This document shows, one piece after another, positions 19,014 to 28,917 of a DNA stretch of 64,000 nucleotides. The stretch's first letter is position 1, and each line of letters begins with the position of its first letter. The notes below the pieces were generated by a model, which was not told the origin of the DNA, made no database searches, and saw only the letters and a program-made list of their open reading frames with translations. The DNA comes from Syntrophorhabdaceae bacterium. GTDB taxonomy: Bacteria > Desulfobacterota > Syntrophorhabdia > Syntrophorhabdales > Syntrophorhabdaceae. Position numbers and translations under genes: made by a program. Where the stretch lies: positions 5,376,001-5,440,000 of the forward strand of contig OY762209.1 of assembly GCA_963665295.1 (NCBI GenBank), written 5' to 3'.

Positions 19014-19997
19014 TCAGGGGGACGGGGGCGTGTTCTCCCGGAAGTCTATGATAACCTTGAGAGCATCTTTTGCGAGGGCCGCTGCAAAGGCTGCTTCCGC
19101 CTTTGCGAAGGGGAAGACAGCGGTGACCAGGGGCAGCACGTCGATGACGCCCTCGGAAAGGGCCCTCAACGCGGGCTCAAAGGGGCCGCAGCGAGACCCG
19201 GCGACAGTGACCTCGTCCACCACCACCGGGGTAAGGTCTATCACCTTCCGGTCGGCAACGGTGCTCTTCAGAACGATCGTTCCCCTCGGCTTGACGAGCT
19301 TCAGGGCCGTTTCAATGCCTCCGGCCGTGCCCGTTGCCTCCACGATGAGGTCATACGCCCTTTCTTCACCCAACTCTCCGGGGACAACGGAGTCTATCCC
19401 CCTGGTCCGGGCAATTTCCAGTTTCCCCTCGTGCTTGCCCACGATGGTCACCCGGGCCCCTGTCACCTTGAGTACAAAGGCCGAGAGCAGACCCAGTTTC
19501 CCGTCGCCCATGACAAGGACCCTGTGGGTGGGCCTCACGTGTATCCTGTCGGTAATCTCGAAGGCCGCAGCGAGGGGTTCGGTGAAGACCGCTTCCTCAT
19601 CGGAAAGGCCGGCAGGGACTTCAAGAAGATTGTCTTCAGGAAGGGTGATGTATTCGGCGAAGACCCCGTCCCTCTTCGCGATTCCCAGGGTGGTCCTGTG
19701 GGGGCAATGTGTCTTCATGCCCTGCAGGCAGTAGGAACATACACCGCAGGCGCAGTTGATCTCTCCCACCACCCGTTTGCCGATGAGGTCCGGACGTGCG
19801 CCTCCCGTCTTTTCCACGACCCCCACGAACTCATGGCCGGGGATACCCGTAAACCCCATGTATCCTTTCATTATTTCCATGTCGGTGTTGCAGATGCCCG
19901 CCACGAGTACCCTGATCAGGGCCTCCCCTTCCCCGGGCGTCGGAACGGGGTAATCTCCGGTGAGCCGCAGGCTTCCTTTCCATACGACTGCTTTCAT
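19014..19997 (-). CDS. Zinc-dependent alcohol dehydrogenase (MDR family)
   Basis: AGICNTD, GHEFVG, CGVCSYC..G...HC, GDGKLG. Confidence 0.9.
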   Translation of the reverse strand: MKAVVWKGSLRLTGDYPVPTPGEGEALIRVLVAGICNTDMEIMKGYMGFTGIPGHEFVGVVEKTGGARPDLIGKRVVGEINCACGVCSYCLQGMKTHCPHRTTLGIAKRDGVFAEYITLPEDNLLEVPAGLSDEEAVFTEPLAAAFEITDRIHVRPTHRVLVMGDGKLGLLSAFVLKVTGARVTIVGKHEGKLEIARTRGIDSVVPGELGEERAYDLIVEATGTAGGIETALKLVKPRGTIVLKSTVADRKVIDLTPVVVDEVTVAGSRCGPFEPALRALSEGVIDVLPLVTAVFPFAKAEAAFAAALAKDALKVIIDFRENTPPSP

Positions 19998-20118
19998 TAA
20001 GGCATCTCCCGTGGTTTTCCGGAACTGCGGCGCAGGGTCTCCGGATAGTTTTGAAGGTCATGGAGAAAATATTCCCTTATACCCGTAGCGACATCTTGAC
20101 CGCTCCGGGACGGGGGTT

Positions 20119-21000
20119 TCACTCGTCGGGCCGGTAAACCTTTTCCTTTCCGGGCCGGGAAGGCCCATCCGCCGACCGTCCTCCCTCCACAAACCAGTCT
20201 ATAAGGCTTCGCGCGATGCTTATCCGTCCCGGTATGAGGGGCAGGTCGTCCCGCGCAAACCATCCCGCATCCTCTATCTCCAGTCCGTCGATCTCGATCT
20301 CGCCGCTCTCATACTCCGCGGTAAAGGCGATCATGAGGGAATCGGGAAAGGGCCAGGGCTGGCTGCCGAAGTAATGTATGTTCTTTACCGTAATGCCCAC
20401 TTCCTCGCGGATCTCCCTTTTCACCGTTTCTTCAAGGGTTTCTCCCGGCTCCACAAAGCCCGCGAGGACACTGTACATGTTTTCGGCGAAACGGGTGGCC
20501 CGGGCAAGGAGGGCTTTGCCCTCCCTCTCCACGAGCACGATGACCGCCGGGGAGATTCGGGGGAAGCTGACATGTCCGCAACGGGGGCACTCTTTGGCGA
20601 CGGTCTCCGTCTTGTCCTCCGTTTCGGCGCCGCACCTGCCGCAATACCGCTCGTTTGCGTCCCATACCATGAGGTGCGCGGCACGCATGGCGACTTTGTG
20701 GAGGTTCTCTGCAAGGCGTCCGTAAAGATACCTCAAGCCCCTGTACGCCCCCCCTTCCGGCACCGCGTCATCCGCCGTTTCCGCACAATAGCAATGCCGT
20801 CCGTCAAGGGTCCCCACGTAGCGTTCCGTTGCGCCGCGGAGCCCCAGGTCTGCGAGGTCCCTTACAAAGGGCACGGAAGAAGAATTTCCTCCTCCCTCCA
20901 TAACCAGCATTTTACGGCGCCTGAATACGAACCACCAGGCTTCCTCGGACTTATCGGGGGGCACGCGCGTGGAAGATACGAAAGTGTCATTCATGGTCAC
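20119..21000 (-). CDS. nudC: NAD(H) diphosphatase (NudC family)
   Basis: YCGRCG/CPRCG zinc ribbon, AGFVEPGETLEETVKREIREEVG Nudix box, SQPWPFPDSLM. Confidence 0.92.
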   Translation of the reverse strand: MTMNDTFVSSTRVPPDKSEEAWWFVFRRRKMLVMEGGGNSSSVPFVRDLADLGLRGATERYVGTLDGRHCYCAETADDAVPEGGAYRGLRYLYGRLAENLHKVAMRAAHLMVWDANERYCGRCGAETEDKTETVAKECPRCGHVSFPRISPAVIVLVEREGKALLARATRFAENMYSVLAGFVEPGETLEETVKREIREEVGITVKNIHYFGSQPWPFPDSLMIAFTAEYESGEIEIDGLEIEDAGWFARDDLPLIPGRISIARSLIDWFVEGGRSADGPSRPGKEKVYRPDE

Positions 21001-21169
21001 AAATTACATGGCCCGAAGGTAAAAGTCAAGCCTATGGCCGCGTCGGCCTCAAATAATCGATTCACAATCTAAACTATGTAATCTCGTATGTAAAAATGGT
21101 ACAATAACCCCGGGGAGACCTGTAAAGAAGGATACTGTACCTCTACCATGACCATATCGAGGGGGTAGC

Positions 21170-21934
21170 ATGCGCGTAATAGCATTTATCAACCAGAAGG
21201 GAGGCGTAGGAAAGACGACCGCTACCGTGAATGTGGGCCGGGGTATAGCGCTCCTCGGCAAGAAGGTAATGCTTGTAGATATGGATCCCCAGGCTCATAT
21301 GACCTATTCCCTGGGAATCCAGGCTCATCAACTCGCCAAATCCGTGTATGAACTCCTCAAAGACCAGGCTTCCCCTGCGGAGGTCATGGTCGATTCGTGG
21401 AACATGAAGGTTATTCCGTCCACTCTCGATCTCTCCGGAGCCGAAATAGAACTCGCCGGAGTACCGGGAAGGGAGTCGATCCTCAAAGACGCCCTCAAAG
21501 GAATAAAGGGGGTCGATTATGTTCTCATGGATTGCCCTCCGGGCCTCGGGCTCCTTACCCTCAACGCACTTACTACCGCCAAGGAAATATTCATCTGTCT
21601 CCAGGCGGAGTATCTCGCCCTGCAGGGAATGGGCAAACTCATGGAAACCCTGGACATCGTCAAGAGGAGGCTCAACAAGAACCTCACCGTCTCCGGGATC
21701 ATCTGCACAAGGTACGACAGAAGGAAGAAGCTCAACAAGGAAGTCGTTCAGAAGATAAGAGGCCACTTTGGAACTACCGTTTTTAAAACGATGATCAGGG
21801 ACAACGTTGCAGTCGCGGAAGCGCCGACCCAGGGTAAGGCCATTTTCGATTACGCCCCCAAGAGTCACGGCGCCGAAGACTATATGAGTCTATGCCGGGA
21901 GATACTAAGCATGGGGGAGGCTAATGGCAGATAA
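21170..21934 (+). CDS. ParA/Soj family ATPase (no parB adjacent)
   Basis: NQKGGVGKTT deviant Walker A, DMDPQAH, DCPPGLGLLT, AEAP. Confidence 0.92.
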   Translation: MRVIAFINQKGGVGKTTATVNVGRGIALLGKKVMLVDMDPQAHMTYSLGIQAHQLAKSVYELLKDQASPAEVMVDSWNMKVIPSTLDLSGAEIELAGVPGRESILKDALKGIKGVDYVLMDCPPGLGLLTLNALTTAKEIFICLQAEYLALQGMGKLMETLDIVKRRLNKNLTVSGIICTRYDRRKKLNKEVVQKIRGHFGTTVFKTMIRDNVAVAEAPTQGKAIFDYAPKSHGAEDYMSLCREILSMGEANGR

Positions 21935-22538
21935 AACGTTGATCGCAGACAGCAAGCTGAGCTGGATCAGGGATACGACAAGCGGGCCCGCTCCGACCAA
22001 GCGGGAACCCGATGAGCCGCCGAAGCAGCAACACGGCGGTACAAAGGAGCATGCCGCGAAGACCGAGGCAAAACCGCCCCGCCAGCCTCCCGCGGAGCAG
22101 CCGCCCGAACGTGCGGAAAGTCCGGAGCCGCCCCATGCGGCGAGACGCACCGCTCCCCAGCCCGAGCGGTCAACGGCAAACCAGGCCTTCAGGCCGGATA
22201 TGCGGCATGGCAGCGCTCAGGCCGGCCTCCACGGGTTCGATCAGGACGCGCGGCAAATGTCGGGATACCAGCCGCAGCCGCAGGGTGGACCGAACGTGGC
22301 CCCCGCGCCGAAGAAGCCGGGCATGATCCACTACTGGCTCGCCCTGGTCGCGCTGGCATGCGTTGCTATTACCGTGCCCGAACGTTATACCGTGCCGATC
22401 TTCCTCGGCTTCATATTCGTCATGCTCGCCGAAATATCGTACCGCCTCGGGCAGCAGTACTATCTGAACCGGCTGAACGCGGAAAACATGAACAGGATAC
22501 TGCGGTCTCTCGACAGGGACGACCGGGGGAACACATAG
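21924..22538 (+). CDS. Hypothetical protein: short N-terminal peptide, Pro/Gln-rich linker, C-terminal TM hairpin
   Basis: Overlaps the parA stop, GGAGG RBS; hydrophobic segments YWLALVALACVAITVP and TVPIFLGFIFVMLAEI. Confidence 0.7.
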   Translation: MADKTLIADSKLSWIRDTTSGPAPTKREPDEPPKQQHGGTKEHAAKTEAKPPRQPPAEQPPERAESPEPPHAARRTAPQPERSTANQAFRPDMRHGSAQAGLHGFDQDARQMSGYQPQPQGGPNVAPAPKKPGMIHYWLALVALACVAITVPERYTVPIFLGFIFVMLAEISYRLGQQYYLNRLNAENMNRILRSLDRDDRGNT

Positions 22539-22603
22539 AGGGACCGGAAATCCCGGTGCCCCGGTTCGAGCAGCTCAAAAAAACATACTTTAAAGAGGTC
22601 CAT

Positions 22604-23062
22604 ATGAAAATCGACTTTACCGAAGAACAATACGAGGTCTTACTGAAAGCCGTGTATCTCGGCAACTGGATGGTGAAGTCCACGGAGGACGACCCCTCCG
22701 ACACGGAATTCGATGCCATCGAGGCATATGTGCTCTCCAGGGCATCGGAGTTCGGTCTTGACCGGTATGCCGATTTCGACGAGGAAGAGAAGAAATATTT
22801 CCCTTCCAGGGAGCTCGAAGAGAGCGACGAACTGGACGGCTACATTCAGCGCTACGACGACTCCACCTTCTGGGAAAAACTGATTTACAACCTCGCCCGC
22901 CGCGACATGGACAGGAAGTACAGTGAGCGGGTAATCGCCGCCATGTCTCCCGAGGAACACCTCACCAAAGAACAGCCCTTCATCGAGAAATACGAAAAGG
23001 AGTTTGAGGAGTACGGTCTGAGGAACATCCTTATCAAGCCGCCCAAAACTACCGGCCATTGA
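22604..23062 (+). CDS. Acidic hypothetical protein
   Basis: GAGG RBS then ATG 22604 (MKIDFTEEQYEVLLKAVYLGNWMV); protein-like composition. Confidence 0.75.
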   Translation: MKIDFTEEQYEVLLKAVYLGNWMVKSTEDDPSDTEFDAIEAYVLSRASEFGLDRYADFDEEEKKYFPSRELEESDELDGYIQRYDDSTFWEKLIYNLARRDMDRKYSERVIAAMSPEEHLTKEQPFIEKYEKEFEEYGLRNILIKPPKTTGH

Positions 23063-23121
23063 CAACACGGGGCCCTGGCCCCATAATCCCCATAGAGACA
23101 TTGTAGCCCGAGGAGCGCGCA

Positions 23122-24378
23122 ATGCGGCGTACCGTATCGGTCAACCTGGGAAATATGGTTCTTTCTCTGTCCGATGCCATGGACCTCGCAAGTCCGGCCC
23201 TGGCGCAGCATCAGCAAAGGACCGCCTTCATCGTGTCGGAACTGGGGAGGGCCGCGGGCCTTTCCGAGGAAAGGCAGGAGAACGTCTTTATGGCGGCGCT
23301 CCTCCATGACGTGGGCGCCTTTTCCGTGGAAGAAAAGATTGCCCTCAGGACCTCGCGGTTCGAGGACCTGGAGGACCACTGCGTGAAAGGCGAGTTGCTC
23401 CTCGAGACGGTACCGTGGCTCACCGAGGTCGCGGCCATCGTAAGGTCCCACCACAAGCAGTGGCACTCCTGGGAGGAACCTATCGCGACGCCTGTCGTGT
23501 TCGATTCCCAACTGGTCTTTCTCGGGGACTACGTGGAGCGCCTGGTCAACCGGGGCCGGTACATTCTCCACCAGAACGACGATATCATCTCCACTACGGA
23601 GGGTCTTCGCGACTCTTCGCTCCACCCTGCCGTTCTGGAACTATTCCTCTCGGTCTCTTGCCGGGAAGAATTCTGGCTCGACTTGACCTCTCCCAGGCTC
23701 TATTCCCTCCTCCTTAATGAAGGCCCTTTCAGGAAGACGGAAATAGACCTTTCCAGAATATCGCTGGTGGCGGAACTTTTCCGGAACGTCATCGATTTCC
23801 GGTCACCTTATACGGCAACCCATTCATCGGGGGTGGCCGCCGCGTCATCCCTCCTGTCCCGCATATTCGGCCTCACGGAACTGGAAACGAAGTTGATGGA
23901 AGTGGCGGGTAATCTCCATGACATCGGAAAGCTGGCTATCCCCGGAAGCATCCTCGACAAACCGGAGCCCCTCACCGCCCAGGAGACGGCCATCATGAAA
24001 TCCCATACCTACTATACCTACTCTATCATCAACACGATCGGAGGCATCAGGGACATTGCCGAATGGGCCGCATACCATCACGAGAGGCTGGACGGCTCCG
24101 GCTACCCGTTCCATTGCAGCGCGGACGAACTGAGCACCGGTGCGAGGATACTCGCTGTCGCCGACATGTTCACCGCCCTTTCCGAGGACCGGCCATACAG
24201 GAAGGCCATGTCGAGGTCCGAGATCACGGGCATCCTCACGGACTTCTCCCGCAGGGCCCTTCTCGACCCCGGGGTAATCGGCCTGGTCCTCGAAAACTAC
24301 GACGAAATAGCCGGGTACGTACGGGAAAAGAAGGCCGAAGCAAGGCATTTCTACGACAGACGGTTTGCGTCGCCCTGA
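23122..24378 (+). CDS. Tandem HD / HD-GYP phosphodiesterase
   Basis: LLHDVG (N-terminal HD), LHDIGK and HHERLDGSGYP. Confidence 0.9.
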   Translation: MRRTVSVNLGNMVLSLSDAMDLASPALAQHQQRTAFIVSELGRAAGLSEERQENVFMAALLHDVGAFSVEEKIALRTSRFEDLEDHCVKGELLLETVPWLTEVAAIVRSHHKQWHSWEEPIATPVVFDSQLVFLGDYVERLVNRGRYILHQNDDIISTTEGLRDSSLHPAVLELFLSVSCREEFWLDLTSPRLYSLLLNEGPFRKTEIDLSRISLVAELFRNVIDFRSPYTATHSSGVAAASSLLSRIFGLTELETKLMEVAGNLHDIGKLAIPGSILDKPEPLTAQETAIMKSHTYYTYSIINTIGGIRDIAEWAAYHHERLDGSGYPFHCSADELSTGARILAVADMFTALSEDRPYRKAMSRSEITGILTDFSRRALLDPGVIGLVLENYDEIAGYVREKKAEARHFYDRRFASP

Positions 24379-24476
24379 CAGGCAGCCCGCCGAAACCCCG
24401 TCTTTCAGTGCTGCGAAGACCCGCCACTGAATCTTTCTGTTGCAACCAACCCCCGATTCGCGATAAAAGGATTGGG

Positions 24477-25124
24477 ATGAAACTACCGGACAAGTACAGC
24501 GACATCTTCGAGCGCACCTCCGCCGCCCGTCTTCACACGCTGACGGATTGTCTCTTCGCCCTGACCATGATCGCCATGTTCTTTCTGATCGACAGCCCTC
24601 CGGGCAATCTCCCCGATACGGACCAGGCGGTGCGCAAATACCTCTTCGGCCAGGCCGAGACCCTGTGGATCGCCCTTGTAACGTTCATGCTCATGGGCTG
24701 CTACTGGGTCTCCAATCACAACCAGGGCAGGTACCTGCGAAGCACCGATATGATACACACATGGCTCACCATCCTGTACCTCATGTTCATCGCCTTGCTC
24801 CCTTTTCCCAATGCCATGGCCATGAGATTCGCCCATTCCAGGACGGCCCAGATATTTTACAGTCTGGACCTGTTCTTCATAGGCGCCGTCTCCTATCTGA
24901 ACTGGATCTATGCGGCGGGAAACCGCCGTCTTGTGGAATCCGACCTCGATCCCGGGACGGTCCTGCGAATAAAACGGGAAACCCTCGTGGAGCCTTGCGG
25001 AGCCCTCGTGTCCATCGGGGGCGCCTTCATCAATCTCTACTGCTGGCAGCTTTCCCTCTTCCTCGTACCCGTCGCCTCCATCGTGGTGCGGAAAATATGG
25101 GGCAGATCAAAGCGCATGATATAG
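24477..25124 (+). CDS. TMEM175/DUF1211 family membrane protein (putative K+ channel)
   Basis: RLHTLTDCLFALTM (cf. RLEAFSDGVFAI), YWVSNH, IALLPF; about six TM segments. Confidence 0.75.
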   Translation: MKLPDKYSDIFERTSAARLHTLTDCLFALTMIAMFFLIDSPPGNLPDTDQAVRKYLFGQAETLWIALVTFMLMGCYWVSNHNQGRYLRSTDMIHTWLTILYLMFIALLPFPNAMAMRFAHSRTAQIFYSLDLFFIGAVSYLNWIYAAGNRRLVESDLDPGTVLRIKRETLVEPCGALVSIGGAFINLYCWQLSLFLVPVASIVVRKIWGRSKRMI

Positions 25125-25212
25125 AAGGGTCAAACCGTTTCGTAAGGCCCGTGACATGGGAGGTATCCGCTGCATACTCCCGGTCTTAGGAGGATGGGAA
25201 CATGCCTCAGAC

Positions 25213-26544
25213 CTATGATTTCTTCTTGAAAACGAGCCTCAGGGGCGCACCACGGAATCCGAAGGTGGCGCGGAGCGAGTTCTCGAGATACCTCTTGTAG
25301 TGTTCCTGTATCAACTCGGGATGGTTGGAGAAAAGGAGAAACGTGGGAGGCAGTGTCTTGGCCTGATTCACGTAATTGATCTTGACTTCCGCATTCCGCT
25401 GGCGGGAGGGGTTCAGTTTCTGGTAGTAGATCTGGAACGCCCTGTTCAGCTTCGCCGTGTCGATCCTCTTCGTCAGTTGACCATATACTTCAAGGTCGGT
25501 TTCAAGTATCAGCCCGAGGTGCACGCCGGTCTTTGCGGAGGTGAAGATAACCGGGGCGAATGACGCATGGGGAATCTTCTCCAGGATCGCCTTCCTGTAG
25601 TCGCCCTGGCTCACCTTACCCTTGAGGAGGTCCCATTTGTTGATCACCACGCAGATGCCCTTGCCCTGCTCCGCAATCAAATGGGCGATGGACGCGTCCT
25701 GGTGGCTGAGCCCTTCCGCCGCGTCTATCACGAGGTTGACCACCGTTGCCCTTTCGATGCTGTTGAGGGCGCTCGACACGGAGTATTCTTCGATTTTGCC
25801 CGACACCTTGGCCTTCCGCCTCAGGCCCGCGGTGTCGATAAGGGTCACCTCGTTTCCCTTGAAGAGTATGGTGGTATCGATGGAATCCCGCGTGGTGCCC
25901 GCGATATCACTCACAATCATCCGTTCCGCGCCGAGAAGCCGGTTGATTATGGACGACTTTCCTGTATTGGGTCGTCCCACGACTGCGATCTTTATCCCTT
26001 CCGGGGCCGTCTCCTCTTCCTCGGCGCCTTCAGGCCGATCTGCCTCCAACTTCCGCGCCAGGCGCACCAGGTCCTCGAGGAGGTCCTCGAGCCCCGTGCC
26101 GTGGACGGCGCTCATGGTGTAGAGCCTTTCCATTCCGAGCCCGTAAAATTCGGACGCCTCGGGAACCTTCTTTTGCGAATCCACCTTGTTGACCACGTAA
26201 AAGACGGGTTTTTCATATTTCCTCAGTATCCGTGCTATCTCCGTATCCTGGGGAAGCATGCCGTCTCTCGCGTCCAGTATGAAGATGATCATGGACGACT
26301 CATCCATGGAGGTCTCGATCTGTTTCTTCACGAGGGGAAAGAAGCCTTCATCCTTGGAGGGCTCGAACCCGCCTGTGTCGACGAGGACAAATTCCTGGCC
26401 CGAGTAGTCGAATTCGCCGTAATTGCGGTCCCTCGTGACTCCGGGTATATCTTCGGTTATCGCTTTTTTATATCCTATCAGCCTGTTGAACAGGGTGGAC
26501 TTGCCTACGTTGGGACGTCCTACTATGCTTACAATGGGTTTCAT
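25213..26544 (-). CDS. der: Ribosome biogenesis GTPase Der/EngA
   Basis: Two G domains (GRPNVGKS, GRPNTGKS; DTGG, DTAG; NKVD, NKWD) and C-terminal KH-like region. Confidence 0.96.
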   Translation of the reverse strand: MKPIVSIVGRPNVGKSTLFNRLIGYKKAITEDIPGVTRDRNYGEFDYSGQEFVLVDTGGFEPSKDEGFFPLVKKQIETSMDESSMIIFILDARDGMLPQDTEIARILRKYEKPVFYVVNKVDSQKKVPEASEFYGLGMERLYTMSAVHGTGLEDLLEDLVRLARKLEADRPEGAEEEETAPEGIKIAVVGRPNTGKSSIINRLLGAERMIVSDIAGTTRDSIDTTILFKGNEVTLIDTAGLRRKAKVSGKIEEYSVSSALNSIERATVVNLVIDAAEGLSHQDASIAHLIAEQGKGICVVINKWDLLKGKVSQGDYRKAILEKIPHASFAPVIFTSAKTGVHLGLILETDLEVYGQLTKRIDTAKLNRAFQIYYQKLNPSRQRNAEVKINYVNQAKTLPPTFLLFSNHPELIQEHYKRYLENSLRATFGFRGAPLRLVFKKKS

Positions 26545-27710
26545 GGCGTGTCGCCTTTATATCTTAGGATGAGGCTCAGAATGAAGCCGGCGAGCGGTAA
26601 TACCAGAATTGTTTCCAGAGCGGCAGGTACGCCGAAATGGTCTGCAACGACCCCGAGCAACGTTACTCCTATGCCTCCTGTGCCGATGGCAAAGCCCACC
26701 ATAAGTCCCGACGCGACTCCGAGCCTGTGGGGCAGAAGCTTCTGCGCCATGACAACGGTAACGGAAAAGGTGGATATGAGCAGCATACCCTGAAGCCCAA
26801 GGACCACGAAGAGGAGATAGCTCTTCGCGATAAAGGGGACAAACATGAGAGGCAGCGTGGCCGTGGCAAGGAAGAGGGTGAGGCGAAGAAACGCCTTGTG
26901 GCCTATCCGGTCCGCAACGGGCGACCCTATAAGGGTCCCCAGCGCCCCGGAAGCCAGGTAGGTAAAAACGAGTTTTCCTGCAAAGAGAGGCTCCCCCTTG
27001 AGGTAGTCGATGTAATAGAAAGGAATGTAGGTGACCAGGCCCATCTGGGTCCACGTCCTTGCGACCACGATGGCGATCAGGGTACACAGGGAAAAATACG
27101 CGCCATCCCCGGCAACGGGACGGGCCGCCCCTTTATCTCCATGGGCCATCGCGGGGATTGCGACGGCCTTCCTGTTGAGAATGATGACAGCAGTCATGAG
27201 GAGGGCAGGTATGATGATGACGGGAAGAAAGGGCAAACCCAGATACTGCATGATATACATGGTAAAAATGGGACCGAGGGCAAGCCCGAGGTTACCTCCC
27301 ACGGAAAAGATGGACATGCCCGTGGCCGCCTTTTCTCCTGTGAAAAAATGAGCTGTCTTATATCCTTCCGGGTGATACGCGGCTATCCCGAGCCCGCTTA
27401 CCGCGGTGAGCACGAGCACCACGGGGTAGAATTCGGGTATGGAGAGGAACGAAAAACCCGCCCCCGCGCAGAGAAGACCGATAGGAAGGAGGATGGCCTT
27501 TTCCTTTTTGTCCGAGTAGAACCCGAAGAGGGGCTGGAGGATGGAGGAAGCGAAGTTGGACATGACCAGTATGACGCCCGCCATGGTATAGGTAAGGGAC
27601 AGCTTTACCTTGAGGAAGGGCAGCAGGGCCGGAAGCGCGCCCTGGTAGATATCGACCACAAGGTGGCCGAAGGAGAGGAGCACGAGCACCTTGAGGTCAA
27701 ACTTCTTCAT
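26541..27710 (-). CDS. MFS transporter (Fsr-like)
   Basis: SSILQPLFGFYSDK, AAYHPEG, SIFSVGGNLGLALGP; about 12 TM segments. Confidence 0.88.
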   Translation of the reverse strand: MKKFDLKVLVLLSFGHLVVDIYQGALPALLPFLKVKLSLTYTMAGVILVMSNFASSILQPLFGFYSDKKEKAILLPIGLLCAGAGFSFLSIPEFYPVVLVLTAVSGLGIAAYHPEGYKTAHFFTGEKAATGMSIFSVGGNLGLALGPIFTMYIMQYLGLPFLPVIIIPALLMTAVIILNRKAVAIPAMAHGDKGAARPVAGDGAYFSLCTLIAIVVARTWTQMGLVTYIPFYYIDYLKGEPLFAGKLVFTYLASGALGTLIGSPVADRIGHKAFLRLTLFLATATLPLMFVPFIAKSYLLFVVLGLQGMLLISTFSVTVVMAQKLLPHRLGVASGLMVGFAIGTGGIGVTLLGVVADHFGVPAALETILVLPLAGFILSLILRYKGDTP

Positions 27711-28260
27711 TTTCAATTATCCTCTTGAACTTTAAGAGGATACGGCACGTAGCGCCCCAGATCCTTTCCCCCTGGTAATAAATGGAAGGTACCTCCTCCA
27801 TTCTCGTGCCTTTATATTCCGCCGTTTCCATCACGGGGACCGCCTCTTTGAGAAAATCAAAAGGCAGGTAGACCAGGTACGCCACCTCCCCGGGGCTCGT
27901 TTTGAAGTCGTAGGGATAAGGTATGATCCCCACGTAGGGCGTGATGACGAAACCCGTAAGGGTGACCATGTCGTCCAGTTTCCCGATGACCTCAATATCT
28001 TTCGCAGGCACGCCTATCTCTTCGCAGCACTCCCTCAGGGCCGTGTTCATAGTGGAGCCGTCATCATCCTCACACATGCCTCCGGGGAAAGAAATCTCCC
28101 CTTTGTGCACCCGCACCATGTCGCTCCTCCGGGTAAGCACGATATAGACGGTCCCATCTTTTTCAAAGATGGGGATGACGACCCCCGCGCATATGCCCTT
28201 GGCCGCAGGTATTTCTTTTGCCTGGTAGCCTCTCAGTTTCTCTTTAATCAGCGAAAGCAT
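27697..28260 (-). CDS. CoA pyrophosphatase (NUDIX, NudL-like)
   Basis: LTRRS..VRVHKGEISFPGG..ALRECCEEIG, IWGAT. Confidence 0.88.
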   Translation of the reverse strand: MLSLIKEKLRGYQAKEIPAAKGICAGVVIPIFEKDGTVYIVLTRRSDMVRVHKGEISFPGGMCEDDDGSTMNTALRECCEEIGVPAKDIEVIGKLDDMVTLTGFVITPYVGIIPYPYDFKTSPGEVAYLVYLPFDFLKEAVPVMETAEYKGTRMEEVPSIYYQGERIWGATCRILLKFKRIIENEEV

Positions 28261-28303
28261 CGTCTATTTTAACAGCTTGGCAGAATGAAAGCAAACAGTT
28301 AAA

Positions 28304-28722
28304 GGGGCTTGCGTCGCCCCCTCCACCGGCTGAGCCGGCAGAGCCTTCCCCTCGCGCTCACCTTGTGAGCTATTTGACCCTTGGACTTGGGGGCTTGCGT
28401 CGCCCCCTCCACCGGCTGAGCCGGCAGAGCCTTCCCCTCGCGCTCACCTTGTGAGCTATTTGACCCTTGGACTTGGGGGCTTGCGTCGCCCCCTCCACCG
28501 GCTGAGCCGGCAGAGCCTTCCCCTCGCGCTCACCTTGTGAGCTATTTGACCCTTGGACTTGGGGGCTTGCGTCGCCCCCTCCACCGGCTGAGCCGGCAGA
28601 GCCTTCCCCTCGCGCTCACCTTGTGAGCTATTTGACCCTTGGACTTGGGGGCTTGCGTCGCCCCCTCCACCGGCTGAGCCGGCAGAGCCTTCCCCTCGCG
28701 CTCACCTTGTGAGCTATTTGAC
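28304..28722. repeat. Tandem array of about 4.9 identical 86-bp hairpin-rich units (REP/BIME-like)
   Basis: Unit starts at 28304, 28390, 28476, 28562 and 28648; each has inverted repeats GGGGC..GCCCC, CCGGC-TGA-GCCGG and GCTCAC-CTT-GTGAGC. Confidence 0.95.
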
Positions 28723-28862
28723 ACCGCCTGCCCACTCTTCCACCTTGGCGCTCTTTCATGTCTTCTGCAAATATTACACGCCGTCGGGCGCGGTAGGATG
28801 TGGGAAACCTGAAGTGTTTTCCAAAGAATTGTTGGAAAGAATCCTCATGGTTACCGCGTCGG

Positions 28863-28906
28863 CCCTCCACCGGCTGAGCCTTTTCCTCGCGCTCACCTTG
28901 TGAGCT
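28863..28906. repeat. Degenerate partial copy of the 86-bp unit
   Basis: CCCTCCACCGGCTGAGCC-ttt-TCCTCGCGCTCACCTTGTGAGCT, just downstream of the kinase stop codon. Confidence 0.85.
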
Positions 28907-28917
28907 GCGTGGTGAGG

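Noticed and set aside
28304..28722. CRISPR array
   Set aside because: The units are identical over all 86 bp, there are no unique spacers and no cas genes nearby.
28542..28903. Short ORFs overlapping the tandem repeat
   Set aside because: They are by-products of the repeat, with no RBS or protein-like features.
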